This document shows positions 6,263 to 15,702 of a DNA stretch of 64,000 nt, piece after piece. Position 1 is the first letter of the stretch; the number at the start of each line of letters is the position of its first letter. The position numbers were made by a program, and so were the translations under genes. The notes under the pieces were generated by a model. The model was not told the DNA's origin. It ran no database searches and saw only the letters and a list, made by a program, of their open reading frames with translations. The DNA is from Verrucomicrobia bacterium UBA1629 (lineage in GTDB: Bacteria; Verrucomicrobiota; Kiritimatiellia; RFP12; UBA1067): NCBI GenBank assembly GCA_002321305.1, contig DCMF01000098.1, positions 28,976 to 92,975 on the forward strand, given 5' to 3'.

Positions 6263-8845
6263 TTACAGGCTTCTCGGCAGCTCCTCCAGCGAGTAGCACT
6301 CGATCGTGTCGCCGACCTGGAAGCCCTCGTAGTTCGCGAAGCACACGCCGCATTCCTGCTGGCCCGTCACTTCCTTCACCTCGTCCTTGAAGTGGCGCAG
6401 CGTCTGCACCTTGCCGTCCCACACCTGCGCCTTGCTGCGGAGGATGCGGAAGCGCTCCTTGGCGACGAGCTTGCCGTCGAGCATCTGCGAGCCGGCGATC
6501 TTGCCGAGCTTGCCGATGTCGTAGATCGCCTTGATCTCGGCGTGGCCGAGGACGACTTCCTTGTACTCCGGCGGCAGCAGGTCGAGCATGCAGTTCTTGA
6601 CGTGATCCAGGAGCTCGTAGATGATGCGGAAGGAGTTGATCCGGACGCCGTCGTGGCGCGCCTGCTGCTGGACGCCCGAGTCGTTGCCGATGTCGAAGCC
6701 GACGAGGATCGCCTTGCCGGCGGCGGCGGACTTGACGTCCGTCAGCGAGACGTTGCCCGTGCCCGTGCCGATGATGTTCAAGGCCACCTTCTCGGACTTG
6801 ATCTCGTTCAGCGCCTGCACGATCGCCTCCAGCGAACCCTGCGTGTCGGACTTCACGATCACGTTGAGCTCGCGCTTGCCCTCGGCGGCCATCGCGCTCA
6901 TGAGCGCGTCGAGCGTCGCGGCCTTCGAGGTCGAGAGGGCCTCCTCCTTCTTCTCCTGCGCGGTCTGCTCGGCGAGCGTGCGCGCGCGCTTCTCGTCCAG
7001 CATGACGCGGAACTCGCTGCCGGCCTCCGGCACGCCCGACAGGCCCGTGCACTTCACCGGCGTCGCCGGCGGGGCCTCCTTGATGCGGCGGCCGTGGTCG
7101 TCGATGAGCGCGCGCACCTTGCCGAAATGCTCGCCGATGAGGATCGCGTCCCCGACCTTGAGCGTGCCGCCCGTGACGAGCAGCGTCGCGCACGGGCCAA
7201 GGCCCTGCTGCAGCTCGGACTCGATCACGAAGCCGTTCGCGCGGCGGTTCGGGTTCGCCTGGAGCTCCAGCACCTCCGCCTGCACGAGGATGTTCTCCAG
7301 GAGCGCGTCCACGCCGAGGCCCGTCACGCCCGAGACGGGGCAGCAGATGATGTCGCCGCCCCAGTCCTCCGGCGTCAGGCCCCGCTTCTGGAGCTGCTGC
7401 TTGACGCGATCGACGTTCGCCGTCGGCTTGTCGGCCTTCGTGATCGCGACCATGATCTGCACGCCCGTCTGGCGGCAGACCTTGATGCACTCCTCGGTCT
7501 GCGGCATGATGCCGTCGTCGGCCGCCACGATGAGGACGGCGATGTCGGTGATCTGCGCGCCGCGCGCACGCATCGCGCTGAACGCGGCGTGTCCGGGCGT
7601 GTCGAGGAACGTGATCTTCTTGCCCGCGATCTCGACCTGGTAGGCGGAGATCTGCTGGGTGATGCCGCCGGCCTCGCCCGCCGCGACATGCTCCTTGCGG
7701 ATGTAGTCCATCAGCGTCGTCTTGCCGTGGTCGACGTGGCCGAGGAACGTGACGACCGGCGCGCGCGGCTTCAGCGTCTCGGGCGGATCCTCCGGAATGA
7801 GGTCGTCCGCGTCGATCGCCTTCAGGACGGGCTTCGCCGCCGCCTTGTCGCGGGCGTGCTCGATCGTCACCTTGAAGCCGTACTTCTCCGCGACCTTCGT
7901 CGCGACGTCCGGCTCGACGCGCTGGTTGATGGACGCGAGGACCTTCAGCCCCATCAGGTCGGCGATGAGGCGGTTCGGCTTGATGTTGAGCTTCGCCGCG
8001 AGATCCTTCACGACCACCGCGCCGCGGATCGAGATCTCCTTGTTCGCCTCGTCCACGGAAATGCGGCTGCCCTGCTCCATCACCTTCGGCGCCACCACGC
8101 GCGGCGCGCCCTTGTCGAGGCCCTTGCCGCCGTCGCGGTCCTTCCGGCCCCTGCCGCCGTCACGCCCGGCGACGCCCACGGAAATCGTCGGCTTCGGCGG
8201 CTTCGGCTTCGGGGCGGCCGCGACGGAAATCGAGATCGTCGCCGCCGGCCGCGCGTGCTGAAGCGGACGGAACCCGGCCGCCGTCAGCCCCGTCTTCGCG
8301 GCGGAGATCGTCGGAATGACCTTCGGCTTCACGCCCGGCGCCATGCGGATCTTGGGCGTTGAGGGTTGAGTGGTGAGAGGTGAGGGATGAGAAGTGAGGG
8401 GTGAGGGATGAGAAGTGAGGGGTGAGGGGGAAGGGGTTGGAGAGGGCGGCGCCTCTCGCGTCCCTTCCGTCCCTCTCGTCACGGCAGCGGCAGCCGCCGC
8501 CGGAGCCGCCGTCGCCGCGGCCTTGAACGCCTTGCCTTCCGCCGCGTCCTTCGCGATCTTCAGGTGTTCGGCGAGCTTCGCCTTCTGCGCGGCGAAGAAC
8601 GCGGCGTTCAGGTCGGCCACGCGCTTCGCCTTGGCGGCGCGCGCCGCCGCGACGTCGGCCTTCGGCGCGTTCGCGAGCGCCAGCCTGAGCGCGGCGAGTT
8701 CGCCGTCCTCGACCGCGCTGATCGCGCTTGTGACCTCGACGCCGGCCTTTTCGGCCACGCGCAGCACCTCGGCGCTCGTGACGCCCGCCTCCTTGGCAAT
8801 TTCACAGACTCTCATGGGTTCAGCCTTCCTCTCCCTCGTGCGCAT
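6263..8845 (-). CDS. infB: Translation initiation factor IF-2. The start is possibly at Met11 (8815). It contains an in-frame heptad repeat insertion, SHPSPLT x3.
   Basis: N-terminal MRVCEIAKEAGVTSAEVLRV and G-domain VVTFLGHVDHGKTTLMDYIR...DTPGHAAF. Confidence 0.95.
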   Translation of the reverse strand: MRTRERKAEPMRVCEIAKEAGVTSAEVLRVAEKAGVEVTSAISAVEDGELAALRLALANAPKADVAAARAAKAKRVADLNAAFFAAQKAKLAEHLKIAKDAAEGKAFKAAATAAPAAAAAAVTRGTEGTREAPPSPTPSPSPLTSHPSPLTSHPSPLTTQPSTPKIRMAPGVKPKVIPTISAAKTGLTAAGFRPLQHARPAATISISVAAAPKPKPPKPTISVGVAGRDGGRGRKDRDGGKGLDKGAPRVVAPKVMEQGSRISVDEANKEISIRGAVVVKDLAAKLNIKPNRLIADLMGLKVLASINQRVEPDVATKVAEKYGFKVTIEHARDKAAAKPVLKAIDADDLIPEDPPETLKPRAPVVTFLGHVDHGKTTLMDYIRKEHVAAGEAGGITQQISAYQVEIAGKKITFLDTPGHAAFSAMRARGAQITDIAVLIVAADDGIMPQTEECIKVCRQTGVQIMVAITKADKPTANVDRVKQQLQKRGLTPEDWGGDIICCPVSGVTGLGVDALLENILVQAEVLELQANPNRRANGFVIESELQQGLGPCATLLVTGGTLKVGDAILIGEHFGKVRALIDDHGRRIKEAPPATPVKCTGLSGVPEAGSEFRVMLDEKRARTLAEQTAQEKKEEALSTSKAATLDALMSAMAAEGKRELNVIVKSDTQGSLEAIVQALNEIKSEKVALNIIGTGTGNVSLTDVKSAAAGKAILVGFDIGNDSGVQQQARHDGVRINSFRIIYELLDHVKNCMLDLLPPEYKEVVLGHAEIKAIYDIGKLGKIAGSQMLDGKLVAKERFRILRSKAQVWDGKVQTLRHFKDEVKEVTGQQECGVCFANYEGFQVGDTIECYSLEELPRSL
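8355..8445. repeat. Family C heptamer minisatellite in frame in infB. 3 x 7 bp gives a 7-aa period, producing SPLTSHP repeats.
   Basis: ggttgagtggtgagaggtgagggatgagaagtgaggggtgagggatgagaagtgaggggtgagggggaaggggttgg. Confidence 0.8.
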
Positions 8846-10106
8846 CCGCCGTCAGCGCCGCCACGGCCTTCGCCGCCGCGTAGACGCCCTTCGCCGTCAC
8901 CTCGTCGAGGCCCGTCGCCGCGATGAAGCTCGCCTCGTCCTCCTCCGCGATGCCGTCCACCGTGAGGTAGCCCGCGTCGGCCATTTGCGTCGCGACCGCC
9001 GTCGAGACGGAGAACATCTCGGCGAGTTCCTTGATGGCTGCGGCCTTCTGGTCCTCGAACGAGGCCGTCGCCATCGACTTCTTCACCTCGACGTGCCAGC
9101 CCGTGAGCTTCGTCGCGAGGCGAACGTTCTGGCCGCGCTTGCCGATCGCGAGCGAATACTGGTCTGCCGCCGCAACGCAGCGCACCGTGTTCGGCACCGA
9201 CGGGTCGATCTCGATGGACTCCAGCTTCGCCGGCGCGAGCGCCTGGGCGACGTACTGGCGGATGTCCTCGTTCCAGCGCACGATGTCGATCTTCTCGCCG
9301 GAAAGCTCGTTGACGATCGACCGCACGCGGCTGCCGCGCTGGCCGACGCACGCGCCGACCGGATCGACCGACTCGTTCGACGAGCGCACCGCGAGCTTCG
9401 CCCGGTAGCCGGGGTCGCGGCTCACGCCCATGATCTCCACGACGCCGTCGGCGATCTCGCTCACCTCCAGGCGGAACAGCGCCTCGACGAACTTGCCGTC
9501 GGCGCGCGACAGCGTCACGGACGGCCCCTTCGCGTCGGGATCGACGCGCTTGATGATCGCGCGGATCGGGTCGCCGACCTGGTAGTCCTCCGTCGGGATG
9601 CGCTCCTTGGCCGGCAGCACCATCTCGGTCTTGCCGACCGTCACGTAGGTGTCGCGGTGGGAGACTGCGGAGACCGTGCCGGACACGATGTCGCCGATGC
9701 GGTCGCGGTATTCGCTGAAGGTGTTCGTGCGCTCGGCCTCGCGGATCTTCAGCATGATCATCTGCCGCGACATCTGCGCCGCGATGCGGCCGAGGCGCGA
9801 CGCCGGCATCTCGACCTCGATCGTCTCGCCCACCGCCACGGGATTGCCGTGGTTGCAGCGCGCCGCGCGCGCCGTCGAGATGAAGCCGACGCCCGTGTCT
9901 TCGTCGGACACGACAAGCGTGTCGTAGACGTGGAATGAAAGATCCTTGCGGTCAATGGCGACACGCAAGTCGTTCGTCACGGTTGAATTCTTCCGGGCCG
10001 CCTGCGCAATCGCCTGCTCGATCGCCGTCAGGACGATCTCGCGGCTCACGCCACGCTCGCTTTCGATATGCTGCACGACTGCGAGCAGCTGACTGTTCAT
10101 CGCCAT
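8820..10106 (-). CDS. nusA: Transcription termination/antitermination factor NusA.
   Basis: 428 aa with NusA N-terminal, S1 and KH regions and an AAGGAG RBS. It sits in the conserved nusA-infB operon. Confidence 0.95.
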   Translation of the reverse strand: MAMNSQLLAVVQHIESERGVSREIVLTAIEQAIAQAARKNSTVTNDLRVAIDRKDLSFHVYDTLVVSDEDTGVGFISTARAARCNHGNPVAVGETIEVEMPASRLGRIAAQMSRQMIMLKIREAERTNTFSEYRDRIGDIVSGTVSAVSHRDTYVTVGKTEMVLPAKERIPTEDYQVGDPIRAIIKRVDPDAKGPSVTLSRADGKFVEALFRLEVSEIADGVVEIMGVSRDPGYRAKLAVRSSNESVDPVGACVGQRGSRVRSIVNELSGEKIDIVRWNEDIRQYVAQALAPAKLESIEIDPSVPNTVRCVAAADQYSLAIGKRGQNVRLATKLTGWHVEVKKSMATASFEDQKAAAIKELAEMFSVSTAVATQMADAGYLTVDGIAEEDEASFIAATGLDEVTAKGVYAAAKAVAALTADAHEGEEG

Positions 10107-10124
10107 CTTTCACTCCTTATTTCT

Positions 10125-10195
10125 GTCAAAAATCAAAACGCGCCCTTCGGTTCGACCCGCTGGATCGCCGAAAAACAATGCGTAGAATACATTAT
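10125..10195 (-). promoter_or_regulatory. Candidate nusA-infB promoter (TTGACA, 17 nt, TATTCT), with a second TTGACA nearer the RBS.
   Basis: Minus strand reads TTGACAttttcggccagataatgTATTCTacgcattg...ttgatttTTGACAgaaatAAGGAGtgaaagATG. Confidence 0.35.
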
Positions 10196-10222
10196 CTGGC
10201 CGAAAATGTCAAATACGCCCGG

Positions 10223-10879
10223 TCATCTTCCAAGCCCCAGTTCCATCTGCGCGACGGGGGCGAAGCTGCGGCGGTGTTCGGGACATGGCCCCAGGCGCGC
10301 GAGCGCGGCGAGGTGCGCCGACGTCGGGTAGCCCTTGTGCCGCGCGAACCCGTAGCCGGGGTAGGCGCGCTCCAGCCGCTCGCAGTCCGCGTCACGCGCC
10401 GTCTTCGCGAGAATCGACGCTGCCGCGATGAACAGCGACTGCGCGTCGCCCTTGACGAGGCTCGTCGAGCGCGGCAGCGACGCGACGGGCAGGCCGTCCA
10501 CGAGAATCGAGACCGTCGCCGCCGCGAGACCGTCCGCGCCGAGCTTCCGCGCGACCGCATCGGCCGCCCGGCGCATCGCGAGGTGCGTCGCGCGCAGGAT
10601 GTTGAGGCGGTCGATCTCCGCCGGACTCGCCGAGGCGACCGCCCATGTGCAGTCCGGCGTCGCCCTGATGACCGCCGCGAGCGCTTCGCGCCGCTTCGCG
10701 GAGAGCTTCTTCGAGTCGTTGACGGGCGACCAGGAGCCCGCGAGCAGCTCCTCCGCCCGCGCGAGCGGCACGGACACGGCGGCGGCGTAGACCCCTCCCG
10801 CGAGCGGTCCGCGCCCCGCCTCGTCGATCCCCATCACGGGATCGCCCGCCGCCAGCTCGTGCTTGAGTGTAATGGACAT
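10223..10879 (-). CDS. rnhB: Ribonuclease HII.
   Basis: Motifs GIDEAGRGPLAGGV and DSKKLS, 218 aa. Confidence 0.9.
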   Translation of the reverse strand: MSITLKHELAAGDPVMGIDEAGRGPLAGGVYAAAVSVPLARAEELLAGSWSPVNDSKKLSAKRREALAAVIRATPDCTWAVASASPAEIDRLNILRATHLAMRRAADAVARKLGADGLAAATVSILVDGLPVASLPRSTSLVKGDAQSLFIAAASILAKTARDADCERLERAYPGYGFARHKGYPTSAHLAALARLGPCPEHRRSFAPVAQMELGLGR

Positions 10880-10901
10880 GACAAGTCAATCGGCCTTCTT
10901 C

Positions 10902-12116
10902 TCATCTGACGTCCGCCAGAGAGGCCAACTGTCTCTGACGCCGTGCGCGAAAGGCGCCGTTTCTCGCGTTGTCGCGCTTCGTGTAGCGAATGGACCGCTC
11001 GATGTCATCGGAGATGTCGATCGCTCTCTGCTGTGCGGTACGCTTCCAGCCGCCCTGCAGATAGTCGATCAGCGCCTTGCCCAAGACTTCGCCGAAAACG
11101 GTCGGAACGGCATTCCCGACCTGCTGATACTGATTGGCGACCGTGCCCGCGAATTCCCATTCGGGCGGGAATCCCTGCAAGCCAGCGACTTCGCGCAACG
11201 TCAGGCGCCGCAACGTGCCGTCCGGCAGACGGATCCAGTCCTGACTCGACGATCCCGTCACCGTCCGGGCCGGCTTCGACTGATCTGCGATGAACATCCC
11301 CTGCCGATAGCCCCAATGCCCGTTCGGACGCGTCGCCTCTGCAACGCCCGGACTCTTCAGGCCCTTTCCGTCAGGAATGCCAGAAAGAACTGCGCGCGCT
11401 TTTTCCGTCGGCAAGATCCAATGGGATTTGTCCTTGTCTGCCGACGTCTTCAGATAGTCGCCAAGCGTTGTCCACCGCGCGCGTCGCTCCGTCTCAAACA
11501 GGGAGTCAACAGGATTTCCCGTGTGCGTTGGCGAGGGAATTTCGGGGGCGCCCGCAATCGAAGAGCCGAGAACGAAGCACCGAACACGCCGTTGCGGCGA
11601 TCCGTAATCCGCCGAATTGAGAAGACTTGCACGGCAACTGTAGCCAAGTTCGGCGAACATCTTGAGCAGCCCTTTCAAGACCTCGCCCGGTTCATCTGAA
11701 TTTCCCTTCGCCGTCACAAGTCCACGAACATTCTCAAAGAGAAAGACCTTTGGCCTGATTTCCTTGAGCAGGCGCAGATACTCATAGACAAGCGCGCCGC
11801 GCTCGTCGAAAATCGAGTCCTGCTTTCCCGCACTCGAAAACGCCTGGCATGGCGGCCCTCCCACGAGGCAGTCAACCGTCTTTCGCCGTCCCAGCATGTC
11901 CTGTGCGGAGATCTGCCGAATGTCCCCCTGCATGACATTCGCATGCTGAAAATAGGTTCGATCCGTTCCGGGAATGACTATTCGCCGTTCCTTCATGTTG
12001 CGCACGGTCTCGCAATACGACGGATGTATCTCAAGCGTCGAAAGGACGTCAAAACCGGCCCGCTCAATGCCGATGTCAAGCCCCCCTGCCCCCGTGAAGA
12101 TGCTGACAGCCGTCAT
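10902..12116 (-). CDS. DNA (cytosine-5)-methyltransferase of a type II restriction-modification (R-M) system.
   Basis: Motif I FTGAGGLDIG, motif IV GGPPCQAFS, and motif VI ENV. GC is about 55%, against about 70% in the flanks. Confidence 0.9.
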   Translation of the reverse strand: MTAVSIFTGAGGLDIGIERAGFDVLSTLEIHPSYCETVRNMKERRIVIPGTDRTYFQHANVMQGDIRQISAQDMLGRRKTVDCLVGGPPCQAFSSAGKQDSIFDERGALVYEYLRLLKEIRPKVFLFENVRGLVTAKGNSDEPGEVLKGLLKMFAELGYSCRASLLNSADYGSPQRRVRCFVLGSSIAGAPEIPSPTHTGNPVDSLFETERRARWTTLGDYLKTSADKDKSHWILPTEKARAVLSGIPDGKGLKSPGVAEATRPNGHWGYRQGMFIADQSKPARTVTGSSSQDWIRLPDGTLRRLTLREVAGLQGFPPEWEFAGTVANQYQQVGNAVPTVFGEVLGKALIDYLQGGWKRTAQQRAIDISDDIERSIRYTKRDNARNGAFRARRQRQLASLADVR

Positions 12117-12117
12117 T

Positions 12118-13047
12118 TCAATGCGTCCTCAAATAGCGCGTCAATGCCGCAATGTCATATTCCCAAAAGACAATGCCCCCGGCGTTGATCAAGGACTCAT
12201 ACTCTTTCTGCGGCACAAACCCCGACAAGACGACAGCGCAGACGATGCTTTCGCCAAACCGCTCCTTCCAGTCGTCAAACTTCTCGCGGCATTCCTTGAC
12301 ACGCTTAAATGCATCAATGCGAACGCCGATTGCCTTGGCTTCGATCAAGAGCAGTTTTCCGCTTCCCTTCAGGCGAACGGCCAGATCGGCCTTTTGGACA
12401 TTTCGACCCCGGACACGGCATTCGCGGCTATACTGCCCGACAAGCAAATCGTCGATTGACGTGACGATTCGCCGCGTCTGCACCGAAACATAACCCGCCT
12501 TGACAATGCCCTTTACGGCCGTCGTCTCCTGGAGTTCCTTCCGCCAGTTCCGGAATGCCGTTGCCGAATTCTGGTTGGCTATCAGCGAACACGTCCAGCG
12601 CTTCGCGTAACTTTCAGCGAGCGAAAGCTCATGGCCCTGCAAAGTCTCCTGAAGCCACAGAAACCGCTGCGAGTCCAAGTAGCGGTTGACCATGCGGCAG
12701 ATTTCGGGCGCAACGGCCGACAGCGCCTTCCCCTGCCGCCCTCGATCGACAATGTTTTCCTCGAAGTCAGCCGTCGAAACAAGCCCCACCAGCTGTCCGA
12801 GTTTCATCTGGCTCAGGACCGGGAGCATGCAATAGCGAAGGACCTTGATGATTCGGCTGTCTTCGAGGAGCATACGCGGGGTCACTTGTTCGCGAAACCC
12901 GTTCGTCTTCCGAAAGGCGATGTCATACAGCGAATCACATCGCGTCTCCGAATCCGAATAGAGCTTTTTCGACATCTCGAAAAAGATGTTCGTCTCGAAG
13001 CGTTCTGACTTTCTCAGCACGTCGGCGATGCGATCCGCTTTCTTCAT
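12118..13047 (-). CDS. Putative type II restriction endonuclease, the partner of the upstream C5-methyltransferase.
   Basis: 309 aa, 1 nt downstream of the MTase stop. Lowest GC in the window, about 50%. A PD-(D/E)xK-like arrangement is present (SIDDLL ... LLLIEAKAIG). Family is not recognised. Confidence 0.55.
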   Translation of the reverse strand: MKKADRIADVLRKSERFETNIFFEMSKKLYSDSETRCDSLYDIAFRKTNGFREQVTPRMLLEDSRIIKVLRYCMLPVLSQMKLGQLVGLVSTADFEENIVDRGRQGKALSAVAPEICRMVNRYLDSQRFLWLQETLQGHELSLAESYAKRWTCSLIANQNSATAFRNWRKELQETTAVKGIVKAGYVSVQTRRIVTSIDDLLVGQYSRECRVRGRNVQKADLAVRLKGSGKLLLIEAKAIGVRIDAFKRVKECREKFDDWKERFGESIVCAVVLSGFVPQKEYESLINAGGIVFWEYDIAALTRYLRTH

Positions 13048-13057
13048 GACGACACGC

Positions 13058-14977
13058 TTACTTGAGCATCAGGTTCGCGAGCAGCTTCGAGAAGCGCGCG
13101 CCGTCCGTGACGGGCGAGCCCTCGGCGATGAGAGCCGAGTCGTAGAGGAGCGTCACGGCGTCCTTCAGCGCGTCGCCCTCCAGCCCCTTCACCTTCGCGA
13201 TGAGCGGATGGTTCGGGTTCACCTCCAGGATGCGCTTGTCGTCCGGCACCTCGTTCTTCATCGCGCGCATCATGCGCACCATCGACGGCGGCAGCGCGTG
13301 CTCCTGCGCGACGAGGCAGCACGGCGAGTCGGTGAGGCGCGTCGAGACGCGCACGTCCGAGACGGACGCGGCCAGCTCCTTCTTGACGGCCTCAAGGAAC
13401 GGCTTCAGGTCGGCGGACGCCTTCTCGTTCGCCGCCTTCTCGGCCTTTTGCTCGTCTTCGCTGCCGAAGGAGACGTCGCCCTTCGCGATGTCGACGAGCT
13501 TCTTGCCGTCGAACTCGCGCAGCGACTCGGTCAGGTAGTCGTCCACGGGATCGCAGAAGAGCAGCACGTCGCACCCGTGCTTGCGCGCGGCCTCCAGGAC
13601 GGGCGACTTGCGCGCGTCCTCCTCGCGCTCGGCGCAGACGTAGTAGATGTCCTTCTGCGTCGCGGGCATGTCCTTCACGTAGTCTTCGAGGAAGATGCGC
13701 TTGCCGGCCTCGGTGCGCGCCGTCGGGTACTTCAGGAGCCTCTTGATGCGGTCGGCGTGATCCCAGTCGACGTGCACACCCTCCTTGACGACCGTGCCGA
13801 ACGCCGACCAGAACTCGTCGTAGCGCTTCGCGTCCTTCTTCTTCAGGTCCTCGAGCGCCGAGAGCACCTTCGCCGTCACGGCGTCCTTGATCTTCTTGAT
13901 GACCGCGTCGTCCTGCAGCATCTCGCGCGAGACGTTGAGCGGCAGGTCGGCGGAATCGACGACGCCCTTCACGAACCGGAGCCAGCTCGGCAGCAGCATC
14001 TCGACGTCGTCGCCGATGAAGACGTTGCGCACGTAGAGCGAGAGGCCGCGCTTCTGGTTCGGCATGAAGAGCTCCATCGTCGCCTTCTTCGGCAGGAAGA
14101 GGAGCGCCTTGAACTCGACCGCGCCCTCGCCGGAGAACGGGATAGTCTCGAACGGCGCCTCCCAGTCGTGCGTCAGGTGCTTGTAGAACTCGTCGTACTC
14201 CTCCTGCTTGACGTCCTTCTTCGCGCGCTTCCAGAGCGCGACCATCGTGTTGAGGGGCTTCGCCTCGCGCTCCTCGCGGCGCTTGCGGTCCTCCTCGCTG
14301 CGCTTCTTCTCGTCGTCCGTCTTGGCCTCCGGCTCGACGACGTTCAGCTCCTTGAAGTAGATCGGGTAGGCGATGAAGTCGGAGTACTTCTTCACGAGGT
14401 CCGACACGCGCCAGTAGTCGAGGTATTCGAGCTGGTCGTCGCGCAGGTGCAGCGTGATGGACGTGCCGGGGAAGTCGCGCGCGCCGTCGGAGATCGTGTA
14501 GGAGCCGGACATGTCGGACTCCCACCTGAACGGCGTCTCGGTGCCGCGCTTGAGCGTCTCGACCGTCACCTTGTCCGCCACCATGAACGCCGCGTAGAAG
14601 CCGACGCCGAACTGTCCGATCAGCTCGGGCAGGGACTCGCCGCCCTTCTCCTTGAGCATCTCGCGGAACTTCTTCGTGCCGGAGCTCGCGATCGTGCCGA
14701 GGTTCTGCTCCAGCTCGGCCGCGTCCATGCCCGTGCCGTTGTCGGAGATCATGAGCGTCTTCGCGGCCTTGTCCGCCGCGATCTGGATCTTCCACTCCGG
14801 GTTGTCCGCGACGAGCGACTTGTCCGTCAGCGAGAGGAACTTCGCGCGGTCGATCGCGTCGGAGGCGTTGGAAATGAGCTCGCGCAGGAAGATCTCCTTC
14901 TTCGAGTAGAGCGAATTGACGACGAGATCGAGCATTTCGGCGATCTCGGCCTTGAACTGATTGGTCTTCTTTTCCAT
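13058..14977 (-). CDS. htpG: Molecular chaperone HtpG (Hsp90).
   Basis: ELISNASDAIDRAKF and GQFGVGFYAAFMVADKV, 639 aa. The start is immediately preceded by tataatacgcgccgct. Confidence 0.95.
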   Translation of the reverse strand: MEKKTNQFKAEIAEMLDLVVNSLYSKKEIFLRELISNASDAIDRAKFLSLTDKSLVADNPEWKIQIAADKAAKTLMISDNGTGMDAAELEQNLGTIASSGTKKFREMLKEKGGESLPELIGQFGVGFYAAFMVADKVTVETLKRGTETPFRWESDMSGSYTISDGARDFPGTSITLHLRDDQLEYLDYWRVSDLVKKYSDFIAYPIYFKELNVVEPEAKTDDEKKRSEEDRKRREEREAKPLNTMVALWKRAKKDVKQEEYDEFYKHLTHDWEAPFETIPFSGEGAVEFKALLFLPKKATMELFMPNQKRGLSLYVRNVFIGDDVEMLLPSWLRFVKGVVDSADLPLNVSREMLQDDAVIKKIKDAVTAKVLSALEDLKKKDAKRYDEFWSAFGTVVKEGVHVDWDHADRIKRLLKYPTARTEAGKRIFLEDYVKDMPATQKDIYYVCAEREEDARKSPVLEAARKHGCDVLLFCDPVDDYLTESLREFDGKKLVDIAKGDVSFGSEDEQKAEKAANEKASADLKPFLEAVKKELAASVSDVRVSTRLTDSPCCLVAQEHALPPSMVRMMRAMKNEVPDDKRILEVNPNHPLIAKVKGLEGDALKDAVTLLYDSALIAEGSPVTDGARFSKLLANLMLK

Positions 14978-15066
14978 AGCGGCGCGTATTATAGCACAAA
15001 AACGGCCTTTGGGCGTCCCGCCATCGACCGCGCGCCCCGTGCCCGAGAACGGAACGTCCCTGCGGC

Positions 15067-15702
15067 TCAGCCGATGTAGACGAGGTCGTTCGGCGGGGGC
15101 GCGACAAACGTGACGCGCCTCTTCGTCAGCGGATGCAGGAACGACAGCTCGACCGCGTGCAGGAGCGTCCGCGCCGGCTTGCGGCGCAGGTGCCGGTCGC
15201 GCGCCGCGTCACCGTAGAGCGGGTCGCCGACAATCGGACAGCCCAGCTCCTTCGCCGCGTGAATGCGAATCTGGTGCGTCCGCCCCGTCTCGATGTCGAA
15301 GCGCACGAGCGCGAGCGCACCCTGCCGCCCCAGCACCTCGTAGCGCGAGACGGCGCGCTGACGATCGATGGGGCGCGTCAGCGTACCCTTCGTCGCGAGG
15401 CCATGCCGCCAGTGGCAGACGGCGAGGTACGTCTTGCGGACGTCGCGATGCGCCTCGAACTGGCGGCGCAAGTCGAGATACGCCGCCTGCGTCCGCGCGA
15501 AGACCATCACGCCGCTCGTGTCGATGTCGAGGCGGTGGACGACGCCCGGACGCTCCCGCGAGCCGACGGACGCCATCTCCGGGAAGCGGCGCACAAGCTC
15601 GTCCGTCAGGGCGCCCGTCTCGTGCCCGGGCGCCGGGTGGACGATCTGGCCCGCCGGCTTGTCAACGACGACGAACGCCGCGTCCGCGCAGAGAATCCTC
15701 AT
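15067..15702 (-). CDS. Pseudouridine synthase, RluA family.
   Basis: HRLDIDTSGVMVFA catalytic-Asp motif, 211 aa. Confidence 0.8.
   Translation of the reverse strand: MRILCADAAFVVVDKPAGQIVHPAPGHETGALTDELVRRFPEMASVGSRERPGVVHRLDIDTSGVMVFARTQAAYLDLRRQFEAHRDVRKTYLAVCHWRHGLATKGTLTRPIDRQRAVSRYEVLGRQGALALVRFDIETGRTHQIRIHAAKELGCPIVGDPLYGDAARDRHLRRKPARTLLHAVELSFLHPLTKRRVTFVAPPPNDLVYIG

Noticed and set aside
10140-10165. tRNA-like T-arm sequence GGTTCGACCCGC in the nusA upstream region.
   Set aside because: No acceptor-stem complementarity or cloverleaf could be built around it. It is more likely part of the promoter or leader.
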